Shown: positions 44,375 through 55,839, numbered from the stretch's first letter. The stretch: DNA of 64,000 nt from an uncultured Gemmatimonadales bacterium (GCA_963739455.1 CAVUAK010000003.1:32001-96000), one strand, 5' to 3'. Program-made: numbers and translations. Notes: a model not told the origin generated them from the letters alone.

Positions 44375-44815
44375 ATGCCGAGGACCGACGCGGAACCGAT
44401 GTCGCCACCAGCCCCACATGATCGTCTTCGCTTTGCCGAGTTTTCACTCGAGCGGCTGCCCAATGGGCGGTGCCGCTCCCGCGTGCTGCTCACCTGGCTG
44501 GAGACCGAGCGCTTCACCGGTGAGTCCGAGGGCCTTGCGTCCCAGGCCGGTGAGCTCCGCTGCGCCGCCCAGGCCTGTGTCAACGCGCTCACCCAGGCAG
44601 TGCAGGACGGCATGGGCTTCGACCTTCTCGGCGTGAAGGCCGTCCGGGCCTTCGACGCCAATGTGGTCATCGTCTCACTCGCGCTCCGCGGAGAGGGCAG
44701 GGGACAGCGGGTCGTCGGCAGCTTCCTGTCGGACACTGACGCCCCCCGCGGTGCTGCCCTCGCCGTCCTGAACGCCACCAACCGGGTGCTCGGCAACAAG
44801 TTCTTCATGCGGTAG
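44375..44815 (+). CDS. Hypothetical protein (LeuA allosteric-domain-like)
   Basis: C-terminal GAALAVLNATNRVLG pattern. Confidence 0.6.
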   Translation: MPRTDAEPMSPPAPHDRLRFAEFSLERLPNGRCRSRVLLTWLETERFTGESEGLASQAGELRCAAQACVNALTQAVQDGMGFDLLGVKAVRAFDANVVIVSLALRGEGRGQRVVGSFLSDTDAPRGAALAVLNATNRVLGNKFFMR

Positions 44816-45020
44816 TCTCTGGCCCTTTGCCACACTGGGCATGCTTCGTCCGCGTTTGGTTCCTCCGCCCCTGGTTCCTCCGCGGTTGCAGTTCCCCGTC
44901 ACGCAGTCGCGGTTCCGAGTTGTCACAACCCCATACGCCCCAACGTGATCCTGTCTGTATGGCACGGTTGTCGCTAGATTATTTGCCGGTCTGCATACGT
45001 AGGTTCCACAGGAGGTCTTG

Positions 45021-46801
45021 ATGCGTCGCCAAACACTGATCCTGCTGCTGGCGGGGGCGGTCGGCTGTGCCGGGAAGGCCACGGTACAACCCACGGCCCA
45101 GCCGTCGACGCAGGTCTCTGCTGCGACGCCCGGCAAGGTTCCGGTCAGTCCGGCTCCCGCCCCCGCCTCGATCGGCCCCCTCGACAGCAGCCAGGTTTCC
45201 AGCATCGCCCACAGACGTCAGCCTCTCGGCCGACTCCGCCGCCGACGAGGCGGTGCTCGACCAGCTGGCGGTGGCCCAGCCGGTCGACGTCGCCACCGAT
45301 GACGAACTGCCCCCGGTTCCCGTCTCCTGGGACATCGACGTCACCACCTGGGGCGATCACGAGCGGGTCCAGTTCTACCTGAGCCTTCTTCGAGGAGCAG
45401 GCGCATCCCCGCTTCCAGATCTGGATCGAGCGGATGCCGGTGTACGAGCCGATGATCCGCCAGAAGCTCCAGGCGGCCAACATGCCGACCGACCTGGTGT
45501 ACCTGGCCCTCATCGAGAGCGGTTTCTCCAACTCCGCCATCAGCCGCACCCGCGCCGTCGGCATGTGGCAGTTCATGCCCCGCACCGGCAAGGAGTACGG
45601 CCTCCGCATCGACAGCTGGGTGGATGAACGGCGCGACCCGGTGAAGGCCACCGACGCCGCCCTCGAGTTCCTTTCCGATCTCTATCAGCGCTTTGGTTCC
45701 TACTACCTCGCCGCGGCGGCGTACAACGCCGGCGGCGGCAAGATCTCGCGCGGGCTCAAGAAGGTCGGCGCGAAGCCCACCGTCAGCCAGGCCTCGTCGA
45801 CGGCACCGGTGGACGGCGAGGAAGCGCTCACGGAGGACGAGGACGAGGGCTTCTCCGACGCCGACTTCTTCAAGCTCTACGACACGAAGCACATCCGGCG
45901 TGAGACCAAGGACTACGTCCCCAAGCTCATCGCAGCGGCACGCATCGCGAAGGAGCCGCAGCGCTACGGCTTCCAGCCGGCGCCCCCCACCAGCCAGTTC
46001 CCGCTCGATTCGCTCATCGTGAGCGGCATGACCGGGCTCGATGTGGTCGCCCAGCTGGCCGACACGTCGCTGGAGCACATCCGCGATCTCAACCCGCAGT
46101 TCCTCCGCTACGCCACGCCGCCCGGCACCACGTCGATCGTGCGCGTGCCGCATGGCCGCCAGGCGTCGACCCAGGCTGCATACGACGTGCTGCCCGCGGC
46201 TGAGCGCGTCACCTTCGCCTACTACACTGCGAAGAAGGGTGACACCCCCGCCAAGGTCGCCCAGCACTACGGCGTGCCGGTGGGCGTGTTGTATGAGGCG
46301 AACCCGTGGATGCGCTCCGGCAGCGCGGTGAAGGCCGGCCGGCAGGTGGTGGTGCCCACGGGTGGCAGCGCCAGCGTGGTCGTGGCGCGGCAGGTGTCGA
46401 CGGTGCATGAGTCCCCCGACCGGGGCAGCAGCCGCGGCGGCTACCACACCGTCCGGAAGGGCGAGACCCTGGGCGGCATTGCCAGGAGCTACCACATGAG
46501 CACCGCGCAGCTCAAGTCCATGAATGGCATGCAGGGCAACACCATTCGTGTCGGCCAGAAGCTTCGCGTCTCCGGCAGCGCCAAGCGTCCCCCGGCGCAG
46601 GTTGCCTCCCGCGACCATGCCAAGGGTGGCGGCGCGGCCAGCGGTGGCAGCTCCACCGTCAAGTACAAGGTCCGGAGCGGCGACACGCTGACGGGCATCG
46701 CGAAGCAGCACGGCGTCACCGTCGCCTCCATCAAGCAGGTCAACAATCTCAGCGGTGGGCTCAAGGCCGGCACGACGATAAGGATTCCGAAGAAGGCGTA
46801 G
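45021..46801 (+). CDS. mltD: MltD-like lytic transglycosylase lipoprotein with LysM repeats (frameshifts near 45210 and 45385)
   Basis: Lipobox VGC, LALIESGF, AVGMWQF, AAYNAG, ETKDYVPK and three LysM motifs. Confidence 0.88.
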
Positions 46802-46840
46802 GGACATGGCGGGGAGGGCGGGGAAGACGCGAGGAAAACA

Positions 46841-46872
46841 AGCGGCGGCCGGGATTCTCCCCGACCGCCGCT
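46841..46872. terminator. Hairpin between convergent mltD and slt genes
   Basis: agcggcggccggg...cccgaccgccgct with an upstream A-run. Confidence 0.55.
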
Positions 46873-46899
46873 CCGTATTCCTCCCCGCCCTCCCCGCCC

Positions 46900-47613
46900 T
46901 TACGTCCCCAGCTCCTTCGCGCGCTGCTGCATGGCGGGAGTGACTCGCTTCGGTTGATACCCCCTCAGCACCGCGTTCTCATACCCGTTCGACGGATCGC
47001 CACCCTCGGCCACGATCTGGTTCACCCGGCCCGGGCCACGGTTGTACGCCAGCAGTGCCAGCTCATAGTCGTGCCGGTACTGCTTCAACAGGTCGTTCAG
47101 GAACCGGAACCCGATGCGCAGGTTCACGTCCCGCTCATACAGTGCCTTCTCGTCCAGCGCGCTGTTGTAGAACTTCGCCGTCGCCAGCTGCACCTGGGTG
47201 AAGCCGATGGCGTTCATGTTGCTCCGCGCCGCCGGCTTGAAGTTGCTCTCCACCTTCACCAGGCGGAACGCCAGCTGCGGGTCGATCCCTTCCTGCAGCG
47301 CGATATCGTAGATCGCCGAGGCCAGGTCGGCCGGGATCTGGTAGCGCGCCGAGTAGCCGAGAATGGCTTCAGCGCGATCGAGCTTGAGCGTAAGCAGGGC
47401 CGCGGTGCCGTCGAACGACGGTGCCGTCGTGGCCGCTGCGGGAACAATCGTCGTCACCGCGGAATCGGGTGACGGCGGCGCCACCTCAATCTGCGACCGG
47501 CGTGACCAACCGCTGATGGCGCTGATGAGGAGTGCACCGGCCAGCAGCGCACCTGCGCGTGCAAGCGGTCCTTTGCGCCAATTCGGGCGCGGCAGGCTGG
47601 TCGGGAACTTCAT
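46900..47613 (-). CDS. SLT-domain lytic transglycosylase
   Basis: VKVESNF, AIGFTQV and LLAYNRGP. Confidence 0.9.
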   Translation of the reverse strand: MKFPTSLPRPNWRKGPLARAGALLAGALLISAISGWSRRSQIEVAPPSPDSAVTTIVPAAATTAPSFDGTAALLTLKLDRAEAILGYSARYQIPADLASAIYDIALQEGIDPQLAFRLVKVESNFKPAARSNMNAIGFTQVQLATAKFYNSALDEKALYERDVNLRIGFRFLNDLLKQYRHDYELALLAYNRGPGRVNQIVAEGGDPSNGYENAVLRGYQPKRVTPAMQQRAKELGT

Positions 47614-47652
47614 GTCATACCTCCTTGCTGTCGTTGAACGGCAGCGGACTGG

Positions 47653-48150
47653 TCAGGGCCCCTCGCGGTGCCAATCGCCCCGGGTTCCCCCGGTCTTGCT
47701 GACCAGCCGGATCTCGTCGATGACCATGCTCCGGTCGACCGACTTGACCATGTCATAGACGGTAAGGCACGCCACCGAGACCGCCGTGAGCGCCTCCATC
47801 TCGACACCGGTGCGGCCGGTGAGGCTGGCGGAGGCAGTAATGCGCACCCCCGGCAGTGACTCATCCAGCCGCGCCTCGACCGTGACCACATCCAGCGCCA
47901 GTGGATGGCAGAGGGGGATCAACTCCCCGGTCTTCTTCGCTGCCATCACCCCAGCCAACTCGGCCACGGCAAGTACATCACCCTTCTCAACGGCCCGCTC
48001 CAAGACGAGCCGGAATGCATCTGCTGACATCTGTACCGCACCCTCAGCCACTGCGGTGCGCTGCGAGGATGGCTTGCCGCCAACATCTACCATCCGTGCC
48101 CGCCCCTCATCGTCCAGGTGCGTTAGCGCCGAATCATTCTGTCGACTCAC
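47653..48150 (-). CDS. moaC: Cyclic pyranopterin monophosphate synthase
   Basis: [24 protein letters not shown] and YDMVK. Confidence 0.96.
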   Translation of the reverse strand: MSRQNDSALTHLDDEGRARMVDVGGKPSSQRTAVAEGAVQMSADAFRLVLERAVEKGDVLAVAELAGVMAAKKTGELIPLCHPLALDVVTVEARLDESLPGVRITASASLTGRTGVEMEALTAVSVACLTVYDMVKSVDRSMVIDEIRLVSKTGGTRGDWHREGP

Positions 48151-49266
48151 TGACGACTCACGACTGACGACTCACGACTCCCAAGGCACATCGCCAGGTC
48201 CTCAGCAAGCACCGCCACCAGCAGCTGCGGATTCACGTTGCCCTGTGCCGCCTCCTTCGCTGCCGCCACATGTCGCTGCGCCTCGAGCAATCGCGACACC
48301 GGTCGCGGGGTCCTGAGCGCGGCGAGGCAGTGCGCGGCGCGGCGTCATGCCGCTGGCGGCGCGTGCGGCATCGCCCAATGACTGCTCCAGCGCATCGAGC
48401 ATCGCGCTGAATTCTCCGCGGGCCGACCAGGTTCCCTGCTTCAGCACTCGCTCGGCCCGCGACACCGAACCTTGAAGTGCCACGTCCACCAGGTCGGCCG
48501 CTGCGGCATGCGCCTTGGCGCCCGCATCACTCGCGCTGATCGCAGCGCCGATCGACCCCTCGGCGGTGCGCACCCGCTCCTCCAGCGCCGCCGGTGACAG
48601 GGCCGGCTTCAACTCCGCCTCGAGGAACGCCCGCACCTCCGCATCCGTCAGTCGCCCCAGTCGTACCGGCACCACCCGCGAGCGAATGGTCGGCAACAGG
48701 CGACCCGCGTCCGTCGCGGTGAGGACGAACCAGGTATTCGCCGGCGGCTCCTCCAGCAACTTCAGGAGCGCGTTGGCGGCTTCCTGACTCGACTCCTGCG
48801 GCACCAGCCGCTCCGCATGCCCGATGATGAAGACCGTCGGGCCACCCTCGACTGACTTGAGCGCCGCCCGCCGCTGGATCAGGCGAACGGTGGCGAGCGG
48901 GTGACTCGCCATCCCATCGAGCGCACCATACAGCGGGCTCTTCCGCCGTTCGGCGATGATCTCGCCAATCAGTTCGGCCGCCTCATCCACCTGCTTGTCG
49001 GCATCGGTGGCCTTGGGCCTGAGGATCGGCACGATCCAGTGCAAGTCCGCATGTCCCAGATCCGTTACCAGGCGACATCCTCTACACTTGCCACATGGCC
49101 CCTGCTGCTCGCACAGCAACAGTTGGCCGAGCCACAGGGCGAGTCGCTGCCTGCCTACACCCTCAGTGCCCTCGAACAGGAGCACCTGGGGCATCCGTCC
49201 GCCCCGTACAGCATCCCCAAGCCGTTGCCGGACTGCCTTATGACCAATCAGGGGTGCCAGAGCCAT
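48147..49266 (-). CDS. holB: DNA polymerase III subunit delta' (frameshift near 48305)
   Basis: [19 protein letters not shown] and LLPTIRSR; the shifted frame gives GNVNPQLL, ending at a stop that overlaps the moaC start. Confidence 0.9.
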
Positions 49267-49564
49267 GAAGGAATATCGCTTGTTTCGGGCCAGAACGGAA
49301 GGGGCGAGAAATCGCGTAACCCATTGTTTGTCAACATGTTACAGTGACATTATGGCAAGCTTTGCTTGGAAAAGTCATGGTGCAAAGGTGCATGTTACGA
49401 TAGTGAATACTCGCATGCTTAGCAGTGGTCGGAACTGAGTTACCTGAGGCTCAAACCGCTTGTCGGAGAACCATTTGGGAGGGGGGTCAAAATGGCGCAG
49501 GTCCAGGCCGACAGACGGCGCATGGAAGCTCGCCCCGAGTGAACTATGCGAGCAAGCGCTCACA

Positions 49565-49580
49565 TGTGATAAAAGTCACA
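49565..49580. promoter_or_regulatory. CRP/FNR-family-type box TGTGA-N6-TCACA
   Basis: tgtga-taaaag-tcaca in the AT-richer holB/tRNA-Asn divergent intergenic region. Confidence 0.5.
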
Positions 49581-49690
49581 AAACGGTCGGTCGAATTGTC
49601 GCGCTGAAACAGTAAGTGTCGCGACAGCACCTCGCGCAAAGGATGCGACCTTGCCCCCCTCTCCTGCGCTACTTAGGATTGGCTCCGCTT

Positions 49691-49763
49691 TCCCGAGTAG
49701 CTCAGTTGGTAGAGCAGCTGACTGTTAATCAGCGGGTCGCAGGTTCGAGTCCTGCCTCGGGAG
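49691..49763 (+). tRNA. tRNA-Asn (GTT)
   Basis: TCCCGAG/CTCGGGA acceptor stem, GCTGA-CT-GTT-AA-TCAGC anticodon arm, GTTCGAGT T-loop. Confidence 0.96.
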
Positions 49764-49782
49764 CTTCGATCTCGCACACAAC

Positions 49783-49816
49783 AAGAGGCCCGCTTTCGCG
49801 GGCCTCTTCGCTTTTC
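49783..49816 (+). terminator. Rho-independent terminator after tRNA-Asn
   Basis: aagaggcccgc-tttc-gcgggcctctt followed by gctttt. Confidence 0.75.
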
Positions 49817-49836
49817 CTGCAGGTGCTTCGCCGTCG

Positions 49837-50211
49837 CTACTTGAGCCACAGGTAGAGACCGATCAATCCCATCACCAGTCCACCCACAGCGATTGCGGTT
49901 CCCGCACTGTCACCGATAAGCAGGCCGCCGATGAATGCGGCGCCACCCACGATCGCCAGCACCGGGCCAGTGCCACCCTTCGCGCGTCGCTGATCATTCC
50001 AGGTCATCTCCGTCGACGCATCGGCGACACTGCTGTATCCCACGGTCAGGCTCGCAATCGTGGGTCCGGCCGTCGGCGCTGCCGGCGCCACCGCCGGAAC
50101 GACATCGGCGAGTGCTGCATCGGGCGTGGCCATCTGCGCTGCGAGCGGCGATGCTACTGCACATGCGACGAGCGACAACAACTGCACACGAAGGCTGGAG
50201 CGCGTTGGCAT
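49837..50211 (-). CDS. Hypothetical exported/membrane protein
   Basis: Signal peptide and C-terminal Gly-rich TM hairpin. Confidence 0.65.
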   Translation of the reverse strand: MPTRSSLRVQLLSLVACAVASPLAAQMATPDAALADVVPAVAPAAPTAGPTIASLTVGYSSVADASTEMTWNDQRRAKGGTGPVLAIVGGAAFIGGLLIGDSAGTAIAVGGLVMGLIGLYLWLK

Positions 50212-50327
50212 AGGGGTCCGGTGTTTGATGTTGAACTGGGGTGCACTCGGTATACCGGCCAGGTCCCCAATCGTCTCGGAACCCTGTTCCCTGTTCCCTG
50301 TTCCCTCTTCTCCCTCACGTCCGCTTC

Positions 50328-50546
50328 TCAATCGAATCCGAGCGCGACGATCACCACGCCGAGCAGCGCTACCGCCAGGATCGTTGTCACCGTCACGATC
50401 GTCTTGAACAGGAAGCGATACTTCTCCGCGCGCCGTCGAAGATCGGCGAGTTCCACGGACGAGATCTGCTCCATGGGGACAGGTACCGCGGGCTGGATGA
50501 TCGCGGGCTCCACCACCGCGATGACGGCAGGTACGGTTTCGGGCAT
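50328..50546 (-). CDS. Small membrane protein
   Basis: C-terminal TM; directly follows the GNAT gene. Confidence 0.5.
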   Translation of the reverse strand: MPETVPAVIAVVEPAIIQPAVPVPMEQISSVELADLRRRAEKYRFLFKTIVTVTTILAVALLGVVIVALGFD

Positions 50547-50548
50547 GG

Positions 50549-51046
50549 TCAGAGATCCTTGAGGTAGTGCATCGTCTCCGGCGTGTAGCCGAGGTGCTCG
50601 TACAGCCCGCGGGCGCGCTCGTTCTGTGCCCAGACATTGAGCGAGATGCGGGAGAAGCCCCGGCCCCGGGCCCACGATTCCGCGGCGTCCATCAGCGCGC
50701 GCGCCACGCCACGTCCCCGCGCGGCCGGATCTACCGCGAGCACCTCGACGTGCGCCAGCGGCTCGTGCGTGAAATAGTCTACCTGCGTTGTCAGGCATGC
50801 GACTCCATCGAGGCCGCCCGGCCCGTCGGCGACGAAAGCGACGGTGCCCGGCGACTCGCCATGAAGCGCCTCGCGAATGATGCCATCGTCGGCTCGCTGG
50901 ATCTCGCGCGCCGTGCGCCAGGGCGGTACCGGAAACGCCGAGAGCTGGTCGGCTAGCGACAGTGCTGCCGCCTCGTCGGCCCGAACCCCACGTCGCACGA
51001 CCACCACCGCGCGTTCCGTCAAATTGCCCGTCCCATCCGCACGCAC
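50549..51046 (-). CDS. GNAT N-acetyltransferase
   Basis: ARGRGVARALM and NERARGLYEHLGY. Confidence 0.88.
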   Translation of the reverse strand: MRADGTGNLTERAVVVVRRGVRADEAAALSLADQLSAFPVPPWRTAREIQRADDGIIREALHGESPGTVAFVADGPGGLDGVACLTTQVDYFTHEPLAHVEVLAVDPAARGRGVARALMDAAESWARGRGFSRISLNVWAQNERARGLYEHLGYTPETMHYLKDL

Positions 51047-51564
51047 GGTATCAGCACTCCGTCAGGCAACGGCACCACCATCTGCTCGATCTCCTCGAAG
51101 CCGTAGGCGCGGTAGAGCGGCTCCCCAGGCAGGGTGGCAACCAGCATCAGTCGGGTGAACCCGGCCGCGCGTGCCGCCTCGACGCACGCGTCCAGCAGCA
51201 TCCGCCCGATACCGCGACGCGCCCAGTCCGGGTGCACGAAGAACGCCCTGATGCGTGCCGGGTCCGTCGCGGCGTCGATGAGGGCATCGGCATCGTGCTT
51301 GGCGTGATCCCCGCCATAGTGCGTCTGCCGCATGCTCCACCCGCCGCAACCAACGATCACGTCACCCGCCTCGACACAGAAGTAGGTGCCGTCCCGCACC
51401 AGGGCAGTATCCACCCCGAAGACGTACTTGATGGAGCTCTCGATCTGCACCCTGGAGTAGTAGCCCGGGCCCAGGCCGCGCACAGAGGCCTGGATGAGTT
51501 CATTCATCGCCGCCTCATCTTCCAGCCTGGCCCGGCGCAAGGTGAACGCCGCGGTCGCCGCCAT
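51019..51564 (-). CDS. GNAT N-acetyltransferase
   Basis: GCGGWS, IRAFFVHPDWARRGIG and ATLPGEPLY. Confidence 0.9.
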   Translation of the reverse strand: MAATAAFTLRRARLEDEAAMNELIQASVRGLGPGYYSRVQIESSIKYVFGVDTALVRDGTYFCVEAGDVIVGCGGWSMRQTHYGGDHAKHDADALIDAATDPARIRAFFVHPDWARRGIGRMLLDACVEAARAAGFTRLMLVATLPGEPLYRAYGFEEIEQMVVPLPDGVLIPCVRMGRAI

Positions 51565-51977
51565 CAGGCGAACGCGGCCAGCGCGGCGGCCGCGATCTCC
51601 CCATCCTGTGCCGACGTCATGCCGCTGATCCCGATCGCACCAATGATGGCGCCGTCATGCGTCACCGGCACGCCGCCCTCCAGCATCAGGGCAAAACGGC
51701 TCACCGACAGCAGGCTCATGCGCCCGCCCGCGATACCGTCTTCCATCGCCTTGGTCGGGCGCTTGAAGCGGGCGGCCGTTCTCGCCTTCTCGATCGCGAT
51801 GTCCTGGCTCGCCGGCTGGGTGCCGTCCAGCACGTGAACGAGCACGAGACCCCCCGTTGGATCGACGACCGCAATCGCAACAGCCCAACCCCGCTTGAGT
51901 GCCTCGGCTTCCCCCGCTGCCGCCAGCGCTTTCGCGCCTTCCAGCGTGATGAACGAAACCGAACGACTTGACGCCAT
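51564..51977 (-). CDS. GlcG/HbpS family heme-binding protein
   Basis: IAVVDPTG, KARTA, GGVP and GAIGISG...QD. Confidence 0.9.
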   Translation of the reverse strand: MASSRSVSFITLEGAKALAAAGEAEALKRGWAVAIAVVDPTGGLVLVHVLDGTQPASQDIAIEKARTAARFKRPTKAMEDGIAGGRMSLLSVSRFALMLEGGVPVTHDGAIIGAIGISGMTSAQDGEIAAAALAAFA

Positions 51978-51999
51978 GAAGAACTCCCAAATGAATGGT

Positions 52000-52060
52000 C
52001 CCCTCACCCCTCACCCCTCACCCCTCACCCCTCACCCTTCACCCCTCACCCCTCACCCCT
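52000..52060. repeat. Intergenic heptamer tandem repeat (cccctca)n
   Basis: Read directly from the sequence. Confidence 0.85.
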
Positions 52061-52066
52061 TCCCTG

Positions 52067-52681
52067 TTACCGCTTTTTCTCCACAGCGGCTCGCACCGCG
52101 CACCCCTCCAGATGGTCATTGACCAGCCCCATCGCCTGCATGAACGCATACACCGTCGTGGGACCCACGAACGACCAGCCCCGCTTCTTCAGGTCCTTGG
52201 ACAGCGCCTGCGACGCCTCCGACTGGCCCAGCGTGCGCAGCACCGCGAGCGTCATCTTCTTCGGTCGGGCCGCCGGCGCCGGCTCGTAGCGCCACACATA
52301 GTCGGCGAGCGAGCCGAACTCGTCCACCAGGTCGGCGACCCGCCCGGCATTGTTGATGGTCGCCAGGATCTTGCCCCGGTGCCGCACGATCCCCGCGTCC
52401 TGCAGCAGCTGCTCAACTTTCTTCGGCGTGAATCGCGCGACCTTGTCGGCCTCGAAGTTCGCGAACGCCTTCCGGAACGCCTCGCGCTTCCGGAGAATCG
52501 TGAGCCAGCTCAGCCCCGATTGGAATCCCTCCAGCGACAGCTTCTCGAACAGCCGCCGGTCGTCCCGCACCGGGAACCCCCATTCCTCATCGTGATAGGC
52601 GATGTACTCCGGTGTCGCGGCACACCACGCGCAACGAGCGACACCATCTGCCGCACGGAAGACCCCGCTGTCAAGAGTCAT
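52067..52681 (-). CDS. tag: DNA-3-methyladenine glycosylase I
   Basis: YHDEEWG, LEGFQSGLSW and FVGPTTVYAFMQAMGLVNDH. Confidence 0.95.
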   Translation of the reverse strand: MTLDSGVFRAADGVARCAWCAATPEYIAYHDEEWGFPVRDDRRLFEKLSLEGFQSGLSWLTILRKREAFRKAFANFEADKVARFTPKKVEQLLQDAGIVRHRGKILATINNAGRVADLVDEFGSLADYVWRYEPAPAARPKKMTLAVLRTLGQSEASQALSKDLKKRGWSFVGPTTVYAFMQAMGLVNDHLEGCAVRAAVEKKR

Positions 52682-52872
52682 CGAGCACCGTCAAGTCTTG
52701 TTGTCACAATAACTTGTAAACCTTTTCTCGAACGAAAAAACCGTTGGACAGATCACGTACCGCGCTGTATATGGGTGATGCCTACGTAAGTGATCCACCG
52801 TGCCGTCACCGCTTGCCAGCAAGGCGCGTCCGCGTCGCTGCCTGGTCGAGCCTCGAAAGAGGATTCCTGAAA

Positions 52873-53385
52873 ATGACTCCACTGGTCGCACTGGCGTTGA
52901 GCATTGGGGCGCTCGGAGGCATCGCCACCGCCATCTACCTGAAGGTGGGGCTGGCCATCTGGGCGGGATTCATCGCCTGGGCTTGCTTCTTTCACACCGG
53001 GGGCGATACCGAGGCCCTCAAGAAGACGATCATCGGTAACCTCTTCGGCATCTTCTGCGCGGCCGTTGCCGCCGGATTCCTGCTCTCCTCGATCGGCGCC
53101 GCGCTTGGTGGCGCAGCCGCTCCGGTCATCGTTGGCCTGACGGTGTTCGCCATGGTGCTCGGCGCCCACCTCAAGCCGTTCTCCACCATCCCGGCCAGCG
53201 TCTACGGGTATGCGGCGACCTTCGCCTACCTCCTGCAGACCGCGAACGCCATGGTGATCGGGAACTTCACGATCGTCAGCTTCACCGGGAACCCGCTGCT
53301 CGTCGTTTCCGTCTCGATGGTGCTCGGGGCCATTTTTGGTCTGGTCTCGGCGAAGGTGGCAGGAGCGCTTACCAAGAAGGCCTGA
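52873..53385 (+). CDS. DUF1097 family membrane protein
   Basis: WAGFIAWACFF and IPASVYGYA. Confidence 0.85.
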   Translation: MTPLVALALSIGALGGIATAIYLKVGLAIWAGFIAWACFFHTGGDTEALKKTIIGNLFGIFCAAVAAGFLLSSIGAALGGAAAPVIVGLTVFAMVLGAHLKPFSTIPASVYGYAATFAYLLQTANAMVIGNFTIVSFTGNPLLVVSVSMVLGAIFGLVSAKVAGALTKKA

Positions 53386-53419
53386 CATTTCGCCGGGCAC
53401 GGTTTACGAGGGCACACCT

Positions 53420-53445
53420 GGGCCCCGGGAGAAATCCCGGGGCCC
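53420..53445. terminator. Strong hairpin between convergent genes
   Basis: gggccccggga-gaaa-tcccggggccc. Confidence 0.65.
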
Positions 53446-53499
53446 TCGCGTACCCAACCCCCTCCCCCTCACGCTGTCGCAGTTCCTCCTCACGCTGTT

Positions 53500-55085
53500 T
53501 CAGTTCCCCTTGACCGGCTTCAGGTCGAGGTCCTGGAAGTCAAAGCTGAAGTCCACCTCCGGCGACGCCGGCAGCATCTTGATGCTCGCAATGTTGCCGT
53601 CGGGATCCAGCGTGAACGTGACATACGCATCCGCCCGCACCTCGCGATCCGTCCAGCGCGCCACGAACGTGTCGTACTGCCAGTGCTCCAGCTTGCCCAC
53701 CAGCACCGGCGAATGGGTGAACCGGATCATCAGCTGGCCGTTCTCGTCGGTAATCGCGACGTCGCCATACCAGGGATCGCGATAGGTACCGGCGTACTTG
53801 GCGAGGGGAAGGGACGGCTTGGAGTCGGCATTCCGCGCGCTCGCCGATGCCTTCATCTCGGCGGCGTTCGCCGAGTCGTTGCGTGCCTGTACCCACTTCC
53901 ATGCACCGAGCCAGTCGAACTTCGCCCCCATGTAATAGTCGAGCACATGCAGCGTGATCGCCCGGAACGCCGGGCCCGACTCGGCGTTGGTGAACACCGC
54001 CACGCCCAGGCGCAGGTCCGGTACGGTGCTCACCTCCGACACGAATCCCGGGCAGCCCGCCGGTGTGCTCCGCCACCTTGTAGCCCCGGTAGTCGCTCAT
54101 GTTGAGGCCCAGCGCGTAGCCCCGGAAGTTGGCCCGGAGCGGCGCGAGCTCTGGTGGCGGCGGGTTGTTGCCGAGGATGGTCACCGGCATCCACAGGGCC
54201 CGGGCGGTGCGCGTGGTGTAGAGGGACGTGCCGTCGGACTTCCGGCCGGAGTCGGCCATGATCATGAGCCACTTCGCTTCGTCGGTGGCGTTGGTCATGA
54301 TGCCACCCGCCGGGTTCGTCGCGGCGCTGGTGTCTGGCCACACCGGCTTGAGTGTGCCCTCCACCACCGCATGGGGCGACGCGAGGTTGCTGCGCTGGTC
54401 GGGCGTCGGGTAGTGCGAGAAGCTCGTCGTCATCCCCGCCGGCACCAGGATGTTGCTCGCGCACGAACTCTTCCCATGGCTGTCCCGACACCGCCTCGAT
54501 CAGCTCGCCCGCGACCACGTACAGCACGTTGTCATAGGCATAGCTGTAGCGGAAACTGGTGGCCGGCTTGATGTACTTGAGCTGCCTGGCGATCTGCGCC
54601 CGGGTGTAGTCGGACGCCGGCCACCACAGGAGGTCACCCGCGCCCAGGCCCAGTCCGCTGCGATGCACCAGCAGGTCGCGCACGGTGATTTCGCGCGTCA
54701 CCCACGAGTCGTACATCTGGAACCATGGCAGGTAGTTCGTCACCGGGGCGTCCCACTCGATCTTGCCCCGTTCCACCAGCAGGCCGAGCGCGAGCGAGGT
54801 GAACACCTTCGTGTTGGAGGCAATGCCGAACAGCGTGCCGGCGTCCACGGGCGTCGGGTCGCCGAGGCGCCGGACGCCATATCCCTTCGCGACGATCACC
54901 TTGCCATCCTTCACGATCGTCAGCGAGATGCCGGGGACCCCGAATGCCTTCATCACCGAGTCGACATACTGGTCGAGTCCGGGTGGCACCCCGGCGGGCG
55001 CCGTGGCCGGCTTGGACTTCTGGGCGTGCAGGGACACAGGGAGCGCGAGCAGTGCGATGGCGAGAAGCCGGGCGATCCGGGTCAT
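53500..55085 (-). CDS. Serine hydrolase (beta-lactamase-related) with DUF3471 C-terminus (frameshifts near 54460 and 54045)
   Basis: SxxK (SNTK), YDN, HTGG and YAGTYRDPWYG. Confidence 0.88.
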
Positions 55086-55092
55086 GTCGAGC

Positions 55093-55839
55093 TCAGTTCT
55101 CCAGTGAGAAGGTGACGCGCATGACGGCGGTGATGTCCTTGTCCACCGCAGACACGTCGTTCATGCCGTAGTCTGAAATTTCGGTGCTGTTGCGCGGGGT
55201 GATCTGGAAGACACCCTGCCGGACACTCTTGATCCGGCCGATCGTGCCCCCGGTGCGCTCCGCGATCTGCTTCGCCCGGGTACGGGCATCCTCGGTGGCA
55301 TCGCCAAGCATCTGGATCCGCATCTCGCCCAGGCGGGTGAAGAGATACTGCGGCGGCTCGGGACTGAGCGGCACCCCCTCGGCGAGCAGCGCCCCCGCTT
55401 CGCGACTCAGCGCCGTGACCCGGGCAATGTCCGGCGACGTCACCGCGATGGTCTGGAACAGGCGGTACCCGATGACCCGGTTGGTCTCCTCGCCGCCGAT
55501 GCGCTCGCGCACCGCATTGCTGTTGATGGAGGAGATCTCGACCGTGGAATCGGCGAAGCCTCGCTGCACGATGAACGCCTTCACCCGGGCGGTGATCCGG
55601 GCCAGTTCGTCGGAGGCCTCGGGCAGCGTCGCCCGCTGCACCGAGACCGAGCCGCGCCACATCGCCAGGTCGCTGGTGATCGGCTTGCGCGACGATCCCG
55701 TCACCGTGATCTCGTCGCCGGCGCGCCGCAGCCGCTCGACCGCCACGCCGCCGATGAGTGCCGCCACCACCAGCCCGGCGGCGAGGACCACCGCTCCCCA
55801 GAAAGTGGGCGCGCCCAGCACGCCCCGATCAGTTGTCAT
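55093..55839 (-). CDS. SIMPL (DUF541) domain protein
   Basis: ITVTGSS, ATEDARTRAKQIA and QGVFQIT. Confidence 0.85.
   Translation of the reverse strand: MTTDRGVLGAPTFWGAVVLAAGLVVAALIGGVAVERLRRAGDEITVTGSSRKPITSDLAMWRGSVSVQRATLPEASDELARITARVKAFIVQRGFADSTVEISSINSNAVRERIGGEETNRVIGYRLFQTIAVTSPDIARVTALSREAGALLAEGVPLSPEPPQYLFTRLGEMRIQMLGDATEDARTRAKQIAERTGGTIGRIKSVRQGVFQITPRNSTEISDYGMNDVSAVDKDITAVMRVTFSLEN

Noticed and set aside
52682..52872. Riboswitch upstream of the DUF1097 gene
   Set aside because: No aptamer consensus was recognisable by eye; an Rfam scan would be needed.
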